A stretch of DNA of 46,143 bases from Chitinophagaceae bacterium (GCA_031410355.1 JANNYY010000263.1:1-46143), one strand, 5' to 3'; counted from the first letter of the stretch, positions 28,089-37,852 are shown. Notes: generated by a model from the letters alone, not told the origin. Program-made: numbers and translations.

Positions 28089-28897
28089 CGTTCAAAGTCC
28101 TCCATCCCAACGGAATCTTCATTGTTGAAATCGCCGATACGGGTTCTGCATAAACTGCTCAAGTAGCCGCCGCAACCCAATGCTGCACCATAATCATTTG
28201 CAAGGCTCCGTATGTATGTGCCGGTTGAACAGATGACTTTAAAATGTACAACAGGCAAAGTTATTTTTGTAATTTCAAATAATTTAATATTGATGCTTCT
28301 TGGTTTTAATTCCACTTCTTCTCCCCTTCTTGCAAGTTCATACAATGCAACGCCATCTTTTTTAATAGCCGAATACATGGGCGGCAGTTGCTGAATATCA
28401 CCAATAAATTTTTCAGTAGCAGTTTGCAACATGTCTGTGGTTACAAAAGAAAAATCTTTTTGCTGTTGGGGTTCACTTTCCAGGTCGTAGGTTGTCGTTA
28501 CAGCGCCAAGGGTAATGCTGCCGGTGTATTCCTTTTCCTGCGCCATATATTCATTTATCTTTTTGGTAAACTTGCCGGTGCAAACAATTAGCAGGCCTGT
28601 TGCCAGTGGATCAAGAGTGCCGGCATGACCTATTTTTTTTATCTGGATAAGGCTGCGCAGTTTACGCACCACATCAAAGGAAGTCCAGTGCAGTGGCTTG
28701 TTTATTAAGATGACTTTTCCATCAAGGTAAGGTTGCTGAATGGCAGGATCAACAGGGATTCTTTCTGTACGTTCTTTTTTAACCGGTGTTTCCCCGGCGG
28801 CAATTAATTTGTTGGTATATCTTAAACGGTAGGTTTCTTTACGTGGCAAAATGTTGGTTATTGATTTATGCAAACCTAAATTATAAATGGCTGTCAT
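28070..28897 (-). CDS. truB: tRNA pseudouridine(55) synthase TruB (start uncertain; alternative TTG 28849)
   Basis: INKPLHWTSFDVV, KIGHAGTLDPLATGLL, PPMYSAIK..G..LYELAR, CSTGTYIRSLA. Confidence 0.95.
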   Translation of the reverse strand: MTAIYNLGLHKSITNILPRKETYRLRYTNKLIAAGETPVKKERTERIPVDPAIQQPYLDGKVILINKPLHWTSFDVVRKLRSLIQIKKIGHAGTLDPLATGLLIVCTGKFTKKINEYMAQEKEYTGSITLGAVTTTYDLESEPQQQKDFSFVTTDMLQTATEKFIGDIQQLPPMYSAIKKDGVALYELARRGEEVELKPRSINIKLFEITKITLPVVHFKVICSTGTYIRSLANDYGAALGCGGYLSSLCRTRIGDFNNEDSVGMEDFERLIANG

Positions 28898-28963
28898 TGC
28901 AAACTAACTTCCTGTTGTACTAATACAAAATTGGAGAAATGCACAGACTACCTATCATAACTA

Positions 28964-29722
28964 CTATTTTCCCTCTTCTACCACCGCTGGAATTCTAGAA
29001 TGAACAAGTGAATCAGTGTTTGAATCCACGGCTGGTTCACTTACCGGAACATTATCGGTGGAAATAGTAGTTGAATCACTCATATTCTGTATATCATTTC
29101 CGGATGGTACTTCTGACCTGAATAAAAAGATGAGCATGATTAATAATGCTACAGCACCTGCTCCAAAATATATCCACTTAGAAAGTGGTTTCTTACCAGG
29201 TGGCATTTTCCGTGGCGGAATTTCATGTTTATGGTCTGAAGTGGTATTTTCTGAATGGATAGGTTCATTTCCTGCATGCTCTTTTTGTTGAGTTTCGGAT
29301 AATGGCTGATCTGCTTTAGATGAAGCTGCTTGCGGGTTTTGTTCATCCAGTTTCAATACCGTGCTTAACCGCTTAAACCCAGTATTATAATTTTGAACAA
29401 AATCAATGTATTGTAATCTTTTTATCCGAAAAGGAATATCACATTGTTCAATAATTACCGGAATTACCTTTTTATTATTTTCCAGTGCATAGGATATCTC
29501 ATCCATGATATTATTTGATGCAACAGCATTTGGCGAAAGAACTACAATGATAGTTTCCGATTCCTTTAATGCTTTTTCAATCTCCATATCCCACCTTGTG
29601 CCCGGCTGAATATCCAGCTGATCGATCCAAAGGTCAGCACCTGCATTTCTTAAATCAGTTGCCAGTTTGCGTGTAAATTCGGTATCTACACGTGAATAAC
29701 TAAAAAAAGTTTTGGGTGTCAT
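28964..29722 (-). CDS. TIR (TIR_2) domain protein with a single C-terminal TM helix
   Basis: FFSYSRVD, LWIDQLDI.PG.RW, putative catalytic Glu in IMDEISYA, IPF...LQYIDF, TM WIYFGAGAVALLIMLIFLF. Confidence 0.88.
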   Translation of the reverse strand: MTPKTFFSYSRVDTEFTRKLATDLRNAGADLWIDQLDIQPGTRWDMEIEKALKESETIIVVLSPNAVASNNIMDEISYALENNKKVIPVIIEQCDIPFRIKRLQYIDFVQNYNTGFKRLSTVLKLDEQNPQAASSKADQPLSETQQKEHAGNEPIHSENTTSDHKHEIPPRKMPPGKKPLSKWIYFGAGAVALLIMLIFLFRSEVPSGNDIQNMSDSTTISTDNVPVSEPAVDSNTDSLVHSRIPAVVEEGK

Positions 29723-29957
29723 ATATCCGGTTTTATGATTAACTCAAGATATAAATTTTAATGAATACTTCCAATTTTCGAAATTTATCAGTGGGTGGGG
29801 CGGGTCTTTAATTATTTTAGCCAATATATAATGAGTTTTTAAATCGCCGCAAAACTTGCCGCCGCCATATAAGATTTGTTATTTAACCTGTCTATTAAAA
29901 AATTATTTCTATTAAATTAAACAAGGATTGAATTATCTTAGAAATCAATTTATTTAT

Positions 29958-30725
29958 ATGCGAGCCCAAAACAAAATAAAACTAAAAACAGCCTTCTGTT
30001 TATTACTTGTAAGCTTTTCTTTAACTGCTGTTTTTGCACAAACAGTAAAAAAGCCTGCGCCGGTTCAAAAGAATACAGCGGTAAAACCTGTGGTTAAAAA
30101 AAGCACGCCCAATGCAAAAGCTGTAAAACCCGCAGTTACAAAAAGTACCAGCACTGCAAAAGCTGTAAAGCCAGTTTCCGCTAAAGCTCCTGCTGTCACT
30201 ACATCTGCAACCATGGTTAAACCCGGTAAAACTCCACCATTTAAAGAGCCAACTATTGCTGATCTAAAAATAACCGACCGGGAAAAACAGATGGTTGATG
30301 AAATAAACCTGGTACGTTCCAACCCTGCAGCATATATAAAATACGTTACTGAATATTTGAAAAAAGCCGGTGTAAGCAAATCGGAGAAAGCTTCGGCTAA
30401 GGAACTGGTAGAGACATTAAAAATTATGCAACCGCTCGGTACATTAAAAATGAGCCCGGCTTTATATGTTGCTGCAAGGGAATTTGGAAAAGAATTACTC
30501 GACAAAAACAGCATAGAACACTCCAGCCTCCCTTATGCCGAAAACCTTTCCTTTGGTATTGAAAATATAAGAGAAGCAGTCATTACCCTGTTAATAGATG
30601 ATGAAGTAGAAGGGCGTGGCCACAGGAAGAATATTTTAAAGAAAAATATAAGCCTTGTAGCTGTGCATGAAATACCAGGCACGGTTGAAAATTTTGATTT
30701 TTGTTATATACAGGAATTTAAGTGA
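29958..30725 (+). CDS. Secreted CAP/SCP domain protein with Pro/Ala/Lys-rich linker
   Basis: Signal peptide, repeated AKAVKP linker, EINLVRSNP, AENL, LLIDD....GHRKNIL. Confidence 0.85.
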   Translation: MRAQNKIKLKTAFCLLLVSFSLTAVFAQTVKKPAPVQKNTAVKPVVKKSTPNAKAVKPAVTKSTSTAKAVKPVSAKAPAVTTSATMVKPGKTPPFKEPTIADLKITDREKQMVDEINLVRSNPAAYIKYVTEYLKKAGVSKSEKASAKELVETLKIMQPLGTLKMSPALYVAAREFGKELLDKNSIEHSSLPYAENLSFGIENIREAVITLLIDDEVEGRGHRKNILKKNISLVAVHEIPGTVENFDFCYIQEFK

Positions 30726-30732
30726 GCTGCCA

Positions 30733-30820
30733 GGGTGGGTCACCCCTCAAGGGTGGCTCACCCGATACAGGAAAAGCACTGTGCACTTTATGCGGTGCCA
30801 CCCTTGTGGGGCGACTCACC
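30733..30820. repeat. REP family 3: inverted pair of GC-rich palindromic units
   Basis: GGGTGGGTCACCCCTCAAGGGTGGCTCACCC (30733-30763) and inverted copy at 30794-30820 (reverse complement GGTGAGTCGCCCCACAAGGGTGGCACC). Confidence 0.7.
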
Positions 30821-30825
30821 GGAGC

Positions 30826-30855
30826 AAAAAATACCCCGGAGAGGTCCGGGGCATT
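30826..30855 (-). terminator. Intrinsic terminator of the FadL-like gene
   Basis: Minus strand ATGCCCCGGA-CCTC-TCCGGGGTAT followed by a T tract. Confidence 0.8.
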
Positions 30856-30874
30856 CCTAAACGGTGAGTCTTGG

Positions 30875-32419
30875 TTAAAATTTTACACCAACAGTGGCCA
30901 CTACATTTCCACGCTGCTGTTTAAGCGTGGCATACGTATTTGCCCTGTCCTGGAGCCGGTACGGAAAATTAACATCTTTGTTCATGGCATGGATGTATGT
31001 AAGATCAATAAAAAAACCTTTATTGCGATACCCTAGTCCGCCACTTAATAACATGCGGCTGGCCTTGTAAGCAGCATCTTTATAGGGATTGCCATAATAA
31101 GCAAATCCTAATCTTGCCATAATAATATTAAACTTCAACTCGCCGCCAACCCTGAAATTAAAATTGCCTTTATAATCAGCCTTTACAACTTTATTCAATG
31201 CTTTGTAATATGCTTTTTCTTCGTCGGTTACTGTTTCATTATCGCTGCTGAACCTGCTGCCTTTATGGTGTACGTACTCAACATCGGCGCTTATAAATCC
31301 TTTTTGTTTTTTAACATCCCTAATTTCTCTAAACACATAAGATGCACTGATGATGGCTTTGAATGGTGTGCTTTGAATATACTTTGCCTCGCCAGGCTGG
31401 TTGTTGGTAAATGCCTGGGATGATACAGTGAATTTATCAACCGGGTTTTCAACTTCGGCTGTTAAATTGGTTGTACGGGTATCTTTTAAAAACATATAAG
31501 TTGGTGTATGAATGGCCAGGCCAAGGCGTATATAATCCTGCGGCCTGTAAATGATGCCGATCTTTGCATTAAGGCCGGTTCCCTTTGTAGTAAAATCATC
31601 GGTGTATTCAAATTGTTTAAAATGATTGGCTGTATTTGCAGAAGTATCTGATTCTTTAAACACCGTGTTACTGGTATAGCTAACCAATGGTATGCCAAGG
31701 GTTGCACCTATAAACCATTTATCTTTACTGTTGTGGGCAAAACCTATGGCCAGTTCGCTAATGCCTCCCTTTGTTGTTTTAAGCATTTCTTGTCGTAAAG
31801 CCCCTCCTGCATCCAGGATATATTCGGGTGCGCCTTTAACCTGGGTAATGCCGCCGATGGTAACCGTATCAATCAAATAAGTAAATAATGCCGGGGCAGA
31901 TGTGTAGGGAAATGCAGAGTTGACGTTTAAAACCTGGCTAATGGTTAAACCGCTTTTTGCAAACTCTTCTGCAAACTGTTCGCTGAATGAACTGTAATTA
32001 TTTAAACCCTTATAACGAATCTCGTTATTAAAATTGGCAGTTTGCGTAATGGCAATACTAATGGCACTGCTGCTTTGTGAATTGTTGCCATTGCTGTGCC
32101 CAAATACCCAGCCTGTTGTACCAAAGCCAAAGCTGTTTTTTTTATTTTCAGAATCAGTATCCCTGAACCGGGCTTTGTTGTTATTAAGAAAGAAACCGGG
32201 TGTTATCACAAATTCGTTGGTTTTATAAAACCCAAGGCCGGCGGGGTTTACAAAAGTTGCATTAATATCTCCGCCTAAAGAGCCCATCACGCCGCCAACA
32301 GCCATATTGCGGGCTGTTCCGCTTTGCGGATAAAAAGAATAACGGATAGCATCTTCAGGAACCTGTGCGTAAATAATGCTGCTTGTAAATAAAAAAGTGA
32401 GGAGTAAATATTTTTTCAT
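30875..32419 (-). CDS. OmpP1/FadL-like outer-membrane beta-barrel protein
   Basis: Signal peptide, GTARNMAVGG...LGGD....VNPAGLG, alternating beta-strands, C-terminal Phe (VGVKF). Confidence 0.82.
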   Translation of the reverse strand: MKKYLLLTFLFTSSIIYAQVPEDAIRYSFYPQSGTARNMAVGGVMGSLGGDINATFVNPAGLGFYKTNEFVITPGFFLNNNKARFRDTDSENKKNSFGFGTTGWVFGHSNGNNSQSSSAISIAITQTANFNNEIRYKGLNNYSSFSEQFAEEFAKSGLTISQVLNVNSAFPYTSAPALFTYLIDTVTIGGITQVKGAPEYILDAGGALRQEMLKTTKGGISELAIGFAHNSKDKWFIGATLGIPLVSYTSNTVFKESDTSANTANHFKQFEYTDDFTTKGTGLNAKIGIIYRPQDYIRLGLAIHTPTYMFLKDTRTTNLTAEVENPVDKFTVSSQAFTNNQPGEAKYIQSTPFKAIISASYVFREIRDVKKQKGFISADVEYVHHKGSRFSSDNETVTDEEKAYYKALNKVVKADYKGNFNFRVGGELKFNIIMARLGFAYYGNPYKDAAYKASRMLLSGGLGYRNKGFFIDLTYIHAMNKDVNFPYRLQDRANTYATLKQQRGNVVATVGVKF

Positions 32420-32567
32420 GCAATAAAATTTTACTGGAATAATAATTTTAATTAGAAAATTATTTATTAAAACAATAGCAATAGTTCTCTAAAATTGTCC
32501 TCCGCGATTTCCCTCCACTTTGGGAATTCTCTGATAAGACAACAAACCAAGTTCAAGGTGGGGTTAT

Positions 32568-33245
32568 TTACCCTCCCCTGCCCGGCCTGCTTACAGACCC
32601 CGAACTGCTGCCCGAAGAAGAACTTCCGCTATTGCTGTTGCCGCTGTTATTACTGCTGTTGTTTGTTGAGGGAGTATAGGTTCTTGTATCATTGGATGGA
32701 GAAGAAGAATTATTGTTCCTGGGTACAATATATTCCCTGGCTTCACTCCTGTTGCTGCTCCTGTTACTATTATTATATTGTGTTGAAGGATTTGCCCAGG
32801 TTACCGTACCACTGGATTTGCCGGTTGCTACCCGGGTGTTATAACCATTATATGCATTCAGGTTAACCATACGCGGGGTTGTATTTACGGGCGCCTGGTA
32901 AGTAAGTTTTCCGGTATAAATGGCCCATGGATAATAATACGGGTTATAATAGTACCCATAATTAGAGGTTTTGCAGGTAGCATAGTTATAAGGGCTGTAG
33001 CTATAACTGTAATCATCACTGAAATCTCTCCAGCGGCGGTCTCGGATGCTCATCGTTATTTCATAATCATCTTCACGCTTTTGATACCTCACCTGGTTGC
33101 GGTCATCCTGTTGCCTTTCTTTTTCTTCAACAACCCTTACAGGTGAATAATAAACATCATCCGGAGTTTGGCCCGTTTTGTAGGCGGTGCTGCAACTGCT
33201 GATAGCAGCCACAGATAAAGCTAAGAGTAAAGTTTTTGATTGCAT
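32568..33245 (-). CDS. Hypothetical lipoprotein with Tyr-rich core and Ser/Asn-rich tail
   Basis: Lipobox AAISSC, then STAYKTGQTPDDVYYSP and a low-complexity C-terminus. Confidence 0.8.
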   Translation of the reverse strand: MQSKTLLLALSVAAISSCSTAYKTGQTPDDVYYSPVRVVEEKERQQDDRNQVRYQKREDDYEITMSIRDRRWRDFSDDYSYSYSPYNYATCKTSNYGYYYNPYYYPWAIYTGKLTYQAPVNTTPRMVNLNAYNGYNTRVATGKSSGTVTWANPSTQYNNSNRSSNRSEAREYIVPRNNNSSSPSNDTRTYTPSTNNSSNNSGNSNSGSSSSGSSSGSVSRPGRGG

Positions 33246-33375
33246 GGCGATTTGTTTAAAGTATTTAAAATTGAAGTTACTACTTTTGTGCAGTTTTGGA
33301 GTACTTTGTTAAACTGCACGGCCTTTATCAACAGACAATAAAGTTAACCTGTTCGTTGTTAAAGCAGTGCTAAAA

Positions 33376-33477
33376 GTAACCATGGTCAGAGGAGGACGTC
33401 AGACCATGGTTACCTGGTCTGACGTCCTCCTCTGACCAATAAGTAAAAAACATGACCTGACGGGAACGTAAGGCAAC
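33376..33477. repeat. REP-like family 1: perfect 24-bp inverted pair plus a degenerate copy upstream of proS
   Basis: TGGTCAGAGGAGGACGTCAGACCA (33383-33406) and TGGTCTGACGTCCTCCTCTGACCA (33415-33438). Degenerate copy near 33451-33477. Confidence 0.82.
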
Positions 33478-33490
33478 AACAAAAAATTAA

Positions 33491-34966
33491 ATGAGTAAAG
33501 AACTAACATCAAGAGCCGAAGATTATTCTCAATGGTACAACGACCTGGTTATTAAAGGCGGGCTTGCCGACTATTCAGCCGTGCGTGGCTGCATGGTTAT
33601 TAAGCCTTATGGCTTTGCCCTATGGGAAAACATGCGTGACCAGTTGGATAAAATGTTTAAAGAAACGGGCCATGTAAATGCATACTTTCCATTATTTATT
33701 CCTAAAAGTTTTTTAAGTAAAGAAGCTGCACACGTGGAAGGCTTTGCCAAGGAATGCGCTGTGGTAACGCATTACAGGCTGATGAACGATCCAAACGGGA
33801 AAGGGATTATTGTGGATCCGGATGCCAAACTGGAAGAAGAACTCATCATTCGCCCTACATCCGAAACAATAATCTGGAATACCTACAAAGACTGGATACA
33901 GTCTTACCGTGATCTGCCTTTGTTGATAAACCAATGGGCCAACGTGGTACGTTGGGAAATGAGAACCCGGTTGTTTTTACGCACTGCCGAATTTCTTTGG
34001 CAGGAAGGGCATACCGCACATGCAACAAAAGAAGAAGCCATTGAAGAGACAGAACGCATGTTGAATGTGTATGCTGATTTTGTGGAAGAGTATATGGCTG
34101 TGCCTGTAATTAAAGGTGTAAAAACTGCCAGCGAACGTTTTGCAGGCGCTGTGGACACTTATTGCATTGAAGCATTGATGCAGGATGGAAAAGCTTTACA
34201 GGCAGGCACTTCACATTTCCTGGGGCAGAATTTTGCCAAAGCATTTGATGTACAGTTTTTAACTAAAGAAAATAAGCAGGAATATGTTTGGGCAACTTCA
34301 TGGGGTGTATCTACAAGATTGATCGGCGCTTTAATTATGGCACATAGTGATGACCAGGGATTGATACTGCCGCCAAAAATAGCGCCATTCCAGGTGGTGA
34401 TTGTTCCTATTTATAAAGGAGAAGACAGTAAAGAGCCCATTGATGCCAAAGCTTACGAAATTATTACTTCGTTAAAAGCATTGGGCATAAGGGTTAAATA
34501 TGATAATAGCGATAACAGCCGCCCGGGCTGGAAGTTTGCTGAGCATGAATTAAAAGGTGTGCCTGTAAGAATTGCTATGGGCCTGCGTGATATGGAGAAC
34601 CAGGTGGTGGAAGTTGCCCGCCGTGATACCAAAGAAAAAAACAGTATGCAAATGGAAGGGCTTGCAGATAATATTGTAAACCTGCTTGACGAAATTCAGC
34701 AGAACATGTACAACAAAGCGCTTGCCTTCAGAACAGAAAAAACAACCGATGCAGATAACTGGGATGAGTTTGTAAAATTACTTGATGAGAAAGGCGGCTT
34801 TATAGCTGCTCATTGGGATGGCACTGCCGAAACCGAAGAGAAGATAAAGAATACAACCAAGGCAACTATCAGATGTATCCCCATGAATAATAAACAGGAG
34901 GAAGGAAAATGTATCTTAACCGGCAACCCAAGTTTACAACGGGTTTTGTTTGCACGGGCTTATTGA
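33491..34966 (+). CDS. proS: Proline--tRNA ligase (archaeal/eukaryote-like type)
   Basis: [60 protein letters not shown]-terminal FARAY. Confidence 0.97.
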   Translation: MSKELTSRAEDYSQWYNDLVIKGGLADYSAVRGCMVIKPYGFALWENMRDQLDKMFKETGHVNAYFPLFIPKSFLSKEAAHVEGFAKECAVVTHYRLMNDPNGKGIIVDPDAKLEEELIIRPTSETIIWNTYKDWIQSYRDLPLLINQWANVVRWEMRTRLFLRTAEFLWQEGHTAHATKEEAIEETERMLNVYADFVEEYMAVPVIKGVKTASERFAGAVDTYCIEALMQDGKALQAGTSHFLGQNFAKAFDVQFLTKENKQEYVWATSWGVSTRLIGALIMAHSDDQGLILPPKIAPFQVVIVPIYKGEDSKEPIDAKAYEIITSLKALGIRVKYDNSDNSRPGWKFAEHELKGVPVRIAMGLRDMENQVVEVARRDTKEKNSMQMEGLADNIVNLLDEIQQNMYNKALAFRTEKTTDADNWDEFVKLLDEKGGFIAAHWDGTAETEEKIKNTTKATIRCIPMNNKQEEGKCILTGNPSLQRVLFARAY

Positions 34967-34968
34967 GG

Positions 34969-35079
34969 AATTGGCAAATAGTAATTGGGAATTAGGAATT
35001 AGGTGCCTGAATGCTGGCAGAAAGATAATAATTTGGTTGCATCCCCTCGCACAAAACTCATAACTAATAACCCAAAACT
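34969..35079. repeat. Paired heptamer arrays: (AATTRGG-like)x5, spacer, (CAWAACT-like)x4
   Basis: AATTGGC AAATAGT AATTGGG AATTAGG AATTAGG begins 2 nt after the proS stop. CAAAACT CATAACT AATAACC CAAAACT ends just before ATG 35084. Confidence 0.75.
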
Positions 35080-35083
35080 GCTA

Positions 35084-35404
35084 ATGTTAAGCATTCTTTT
35101 AAATATCACCACATGGCTTGAGGCACATCAACTGCCCTGCATGTTTAAGGCACTAACGCATTTTGATTGCCCGGGCTGTGGTATGCAACGTAGTTTTATT
35201 TTACTTATAAAAGGCGATGTGGCCGAAAGTTTTTTAATGTACCCTGCCTTATTGCCCATTTTGTTACTTTTTGCATTTTTAATTTTACATGTAACAACAA
35301 AAATTAAGAACGGCGCAGTCATTTTAAAATTTGCTTATATTTTTTGTGCAGGTATAATTATGGTAAGCTATATTTACAAATTATTAATTACCAAAACTCT
35401 TTAA
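35084..35404 (+). CDS. DUF2752 family membrane protein
   Basis: LPCMFK....DCPGCGMQRS...KGD...S...YP followed by two TM helices. Confidence 0.88.
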   Translation: MLSILLNITTWLEAHQLPCMFKALTHFDCPGCGMQRSFILLIKGDVAESFLMYPALLPILLLFAFLILHVTTKIKNGAVILKFAYIFCAGIIMVSYIYKLLITKTL

Positions 35405-35405
35405 C

Positions 35406-35717
35406 ATGACTGATCAGCAAACTGTTTTTAATTCCGGTAATCAACCGGCAAATTTACCAAACGCAACAGCAACGCTGGTACTTGGCATTTTATCAATTGT
35501 AGTTTGCTTTATATGCGGCATTATTGCGCTGGTTATTTCCAACAAAGATGTCGCCTTGTATAAAGCCAATCCCGAACTTTATTCAACCACCTCTTACAAC
35601 AATATTAAAGCCGGGCGCATTTGTGCCATAATTGGTCTTTGCCTGCAGGTTGTGGGATTGATCATTTACATTGCTGTTATTGCTTTTGCAGTTTCACACA
35701 TCAATGAATTCAAATAA
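35406..35717 (+). CDS. CCC-motif/DUF4190-like small membrane protein, copy 1
   Basis: LPNATATLVLGILSIV, GIIALVI.NKD..LY..NPELY, AGRICAIIG. Confidence 0.82.
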   Translation: MTDQQTVFNSGNQPANLPNATATLVLGILSIVVCFICGIIALVISNKDVALYKANPELYSTTSYNNIKAGRICAIIGLCLQVVGLIIYIAVIAFAVSHINEFK

Positions 35718-35742
35718 TAACATTTACAAAAAAACTAACGGC

Positions 35743-36093
35743 ATGAATGATCAGCAAAATGTTTTTAATACCGGCAACCAACCGGCAAATTTACCAAACG
35801 CAACTGCGGTACTTGTTTTGGGTATCATCTCCATAATTGGCGCTTTATGCTATGGCATTACAGGCGTTATTTGTGGCATCATTGGGCTGGTGCTTGCCAA
35901 CAAAGACCGCAAGCTTTACCAGGCAACACCAGAATTATATTCATCATCAAGCTATAGTACTTCAAATGCCGGCAGAACCTGTTCTATCATTGGCCTTATA
36001 TTGGGCAGCCTGGTGTTACTGATCATGATAGTTTATTTTATCTTTTTTGGAGCTTTATTTATGGAAGCGCTTCGCAGTTCGAAATACAAGTAA
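35743..36093 (+). CDS. CCC-motif/DUF4190-like small membrane protein, copy 2
   Basis: Start ATG 35743 (MNDQQNVFNTGNQPANLPNATAVLVLG). Near-identical N-terminus to copy 1. Confidence 0.82.
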   Translation: MNDQQNVFNTGNQPANLPNATAVLVLGIISIIGALCYGITGVICGIIGLVLANKDRKLYQATPELYSSSSYSTSNAGRTCSIIGLILGSLVLLIMIVYFIFFGALFMEALRSSKYK

Positions 36094-36165
36094 GATAATT
36101 TAAAAAAAACAGTTTTTAAATTATATGGCTGCTGGTATCAAATTATTGAAACAAAAACTAACTAA

Positions 36166-36609
36166 ATGGAAAATTCAGAACACGACGACCATTTAATAGA
36201 AATGGACCTGCACATGGATGATGATGTACGCCAACAACTTTACGAAGCCGGCAAATGGACAAAATTTATTTCAATTGTAATGTTTGTTGCATGCGGCTTA
36301 TTATTGTTGGTGGGTTTATTGGGCGGGGCTTCCCTTTTATCTGTTTTTAGAAGTTTAGGAGCTACTTATGGTTATTTTGGTGAGTTTGGTGGTGTTGTCC
36401 TCATTGCAATAATTGTAGTATTTGTTGGGGTATTGGCATTGGTGTATTATTTCTTATTTACATTTTCCCGAAAAATAAAAACAGCTTTGCTTACCAATAA
36501 TACGGCGGATTTAAATGCAGGATTAAAATCACTTAAAATTTTCTTTATTATAACTACCGTTTTTGCAATGATCTCTTTATTAAACACTATTTCCCAATTG
36601 TTCAGGTAA
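36166..36609 (+). CDS. DUF5362-like three-TM membrane protein
   Basis: L.EAGKWTKFISIV, YYFLFTFS.KIK.AL, GLKSLKIFF. Confidence 0.72.
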   Translation: MENSEHDDHLIEMDLHMDDDVRQQLYEAGKWTKFISIVMFVACGLLLLVGLLGGASLLSVFRSLGATYGYFGEFGGVVLIAIIVVFVGVLALVYYFLFTFSRKIKTALLTNNTADLNAGLKSLKIFFIITTVFAMISLLNTISQLFR

Positions 36610-36619
36610 AATTATCATC

Positions 36620-37051
36620 ATGGAAAGTAATCAAAACAGCAGCATATTTGAATTTAATATTGATGAAGAAAGTAAATCTCATTTTGCATCCATAGCCCAG
36701 TGGGCTAATATCAATGCCATAGTTGGCTTTGCAGGCATTGGTATTTCCGTTTTAGGTTTTATAGTTGCAATGGGTAAGATGGGGAGTGCAGGTAGCAGCT
36801 ATGCTGCTCCAGGTATATTAGGTTTGCTCGTTACCCTTGCTGTTGGCCTGCTGCTGAATATTACACTCATTTATGCCGCTATAAATATTAAAAAAGGTCT
36901 GGAACTTGCTAACCAGGGCCATTTTGTTACCGGGCTTTCAAAACTGGCTGCATACTTTAAAATATTCGGCATCTTAACTATTATTGCTTTGGTTTTAATT
37001 GTTTTGGTAGTATTGTTTGTAATGATGATGGGGTATGGCCGTAGCTTTTAG
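36620..37051 (+). CDS. DUF5362-like three-TM membrane protein (distant paralog)
   Basis: SIFEFNID, IAQWANINAIVGF, NIKKGL, GLSKLAAYFKIFGI. Confidence 0.65.
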   Translation: MESNQNSSIFEFNIDEESKSHFASIAQWANINAIVGFAGIGISVLGFIVAMGKMGSAGSSYAAPGILGLLVTLAVGLLLNITLIYAAINIKKGLELANQGHFVTGLSKLAAYFKIFGILTIIALVLIVLVVLFVMMMGYGRSF

Positions 37052-37066
37052 GATCAACTACATATT

Positions 37067-37852
37067 TTATTCCTTTGTTGCCAGGTAATTATAATCTGCC
37101 AGTAGTTTTTCCAGAAACTGATCAACATGCATGTCAGAATTTATATGCAGCACTTCTTTTATCTTCATCGAAACCCGGTTACACATATCGTAATTATTTC
37201 TTTTGCCGGCCTGTGTTAATACGCCTTTTATGGTATTAATATCGCGGTCGCTCAGCCGCATCACTTCCGGGAACATCACTTTATAACCCGTCTTATCAAT
37301 CTGCATAAACACCGTATCAGCAAGCGTTAAGGCCGATTTTGTATTTACTACTACCGTACCGGCAACCATATCGCCAAGCCGTTGGTTTTTGTTAGATACA
37401 GAAATGATGATGACCACCGCAATACCAAACAAACCGGTTATAAATGTGTAGGCAAACACATTGGCATTTGAAAAAGCAATATAGCCGAACAAAAAAGGCC
37501 ATTCAAAAAACTTGGTAATCCAGCGTAACAAAAATTGGCCAAATGTTGGTTCACCGCCTTCAAGGCTTATTACACGTATGGCCATCAGTTTTTTTCCAAA
37601 GGTTTGCCCATTAAGCCATAACTCGGTAAGTAAAGAATACAGCAGCATGGGTACAGATATGATCAGGATATCCAAACCAACATTTTCATCCCAGTTTAAT
37701 AAAAATCCATTATACAGTACATACTTCATACTGTAGAGAAATAACAGCATCAGGCCAAAATCAATAAGATAGGCCAGCAGGCGCTTGTGAAACTCTGCAA
37801 TTTCAAACTCCAGGTCAATATTAAATGCAGTACTTATTTGAATAATGCCCAT
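37067..37852 (-). CDS. RDD family protein
   Basis: KRLLAYLID, GQTFGKKLMAIRV, QRLGDMVAGTVVV. Start MGIIQISTAFNIDLEF at 37852. Confidence 0.9.
   Translation of the reverse strand: MGIIQISTAFNIDLEFEIAEFHKRLLAYLIDFGLMLLFLYSMKYVLYNGFLLNWDENVGLDILIISVPMLLYSLLTELWLNGQTFGKKLMAIRVISLEGGEPTFGQFLLRWITKFFEWPFLFGYIAFSNANVFAYTFITGLFGIAVVIIISVSNKNQRLGDMVAGTVVVNTKSALTLADTVFMQIDKTGYKVMFPEVMRLSDRDINTIKGVLTQAGKRNNYDMCNRVSMKIKEVLHINSDMHVDQFLEKLLADYNYLATKE

Noticed and set aside
33246-33490. T-box or attenuator upstream of proS
   Set aside because: No T-box consensus. The hairpins belong to the dispersed repeat also present at 20302-20466.
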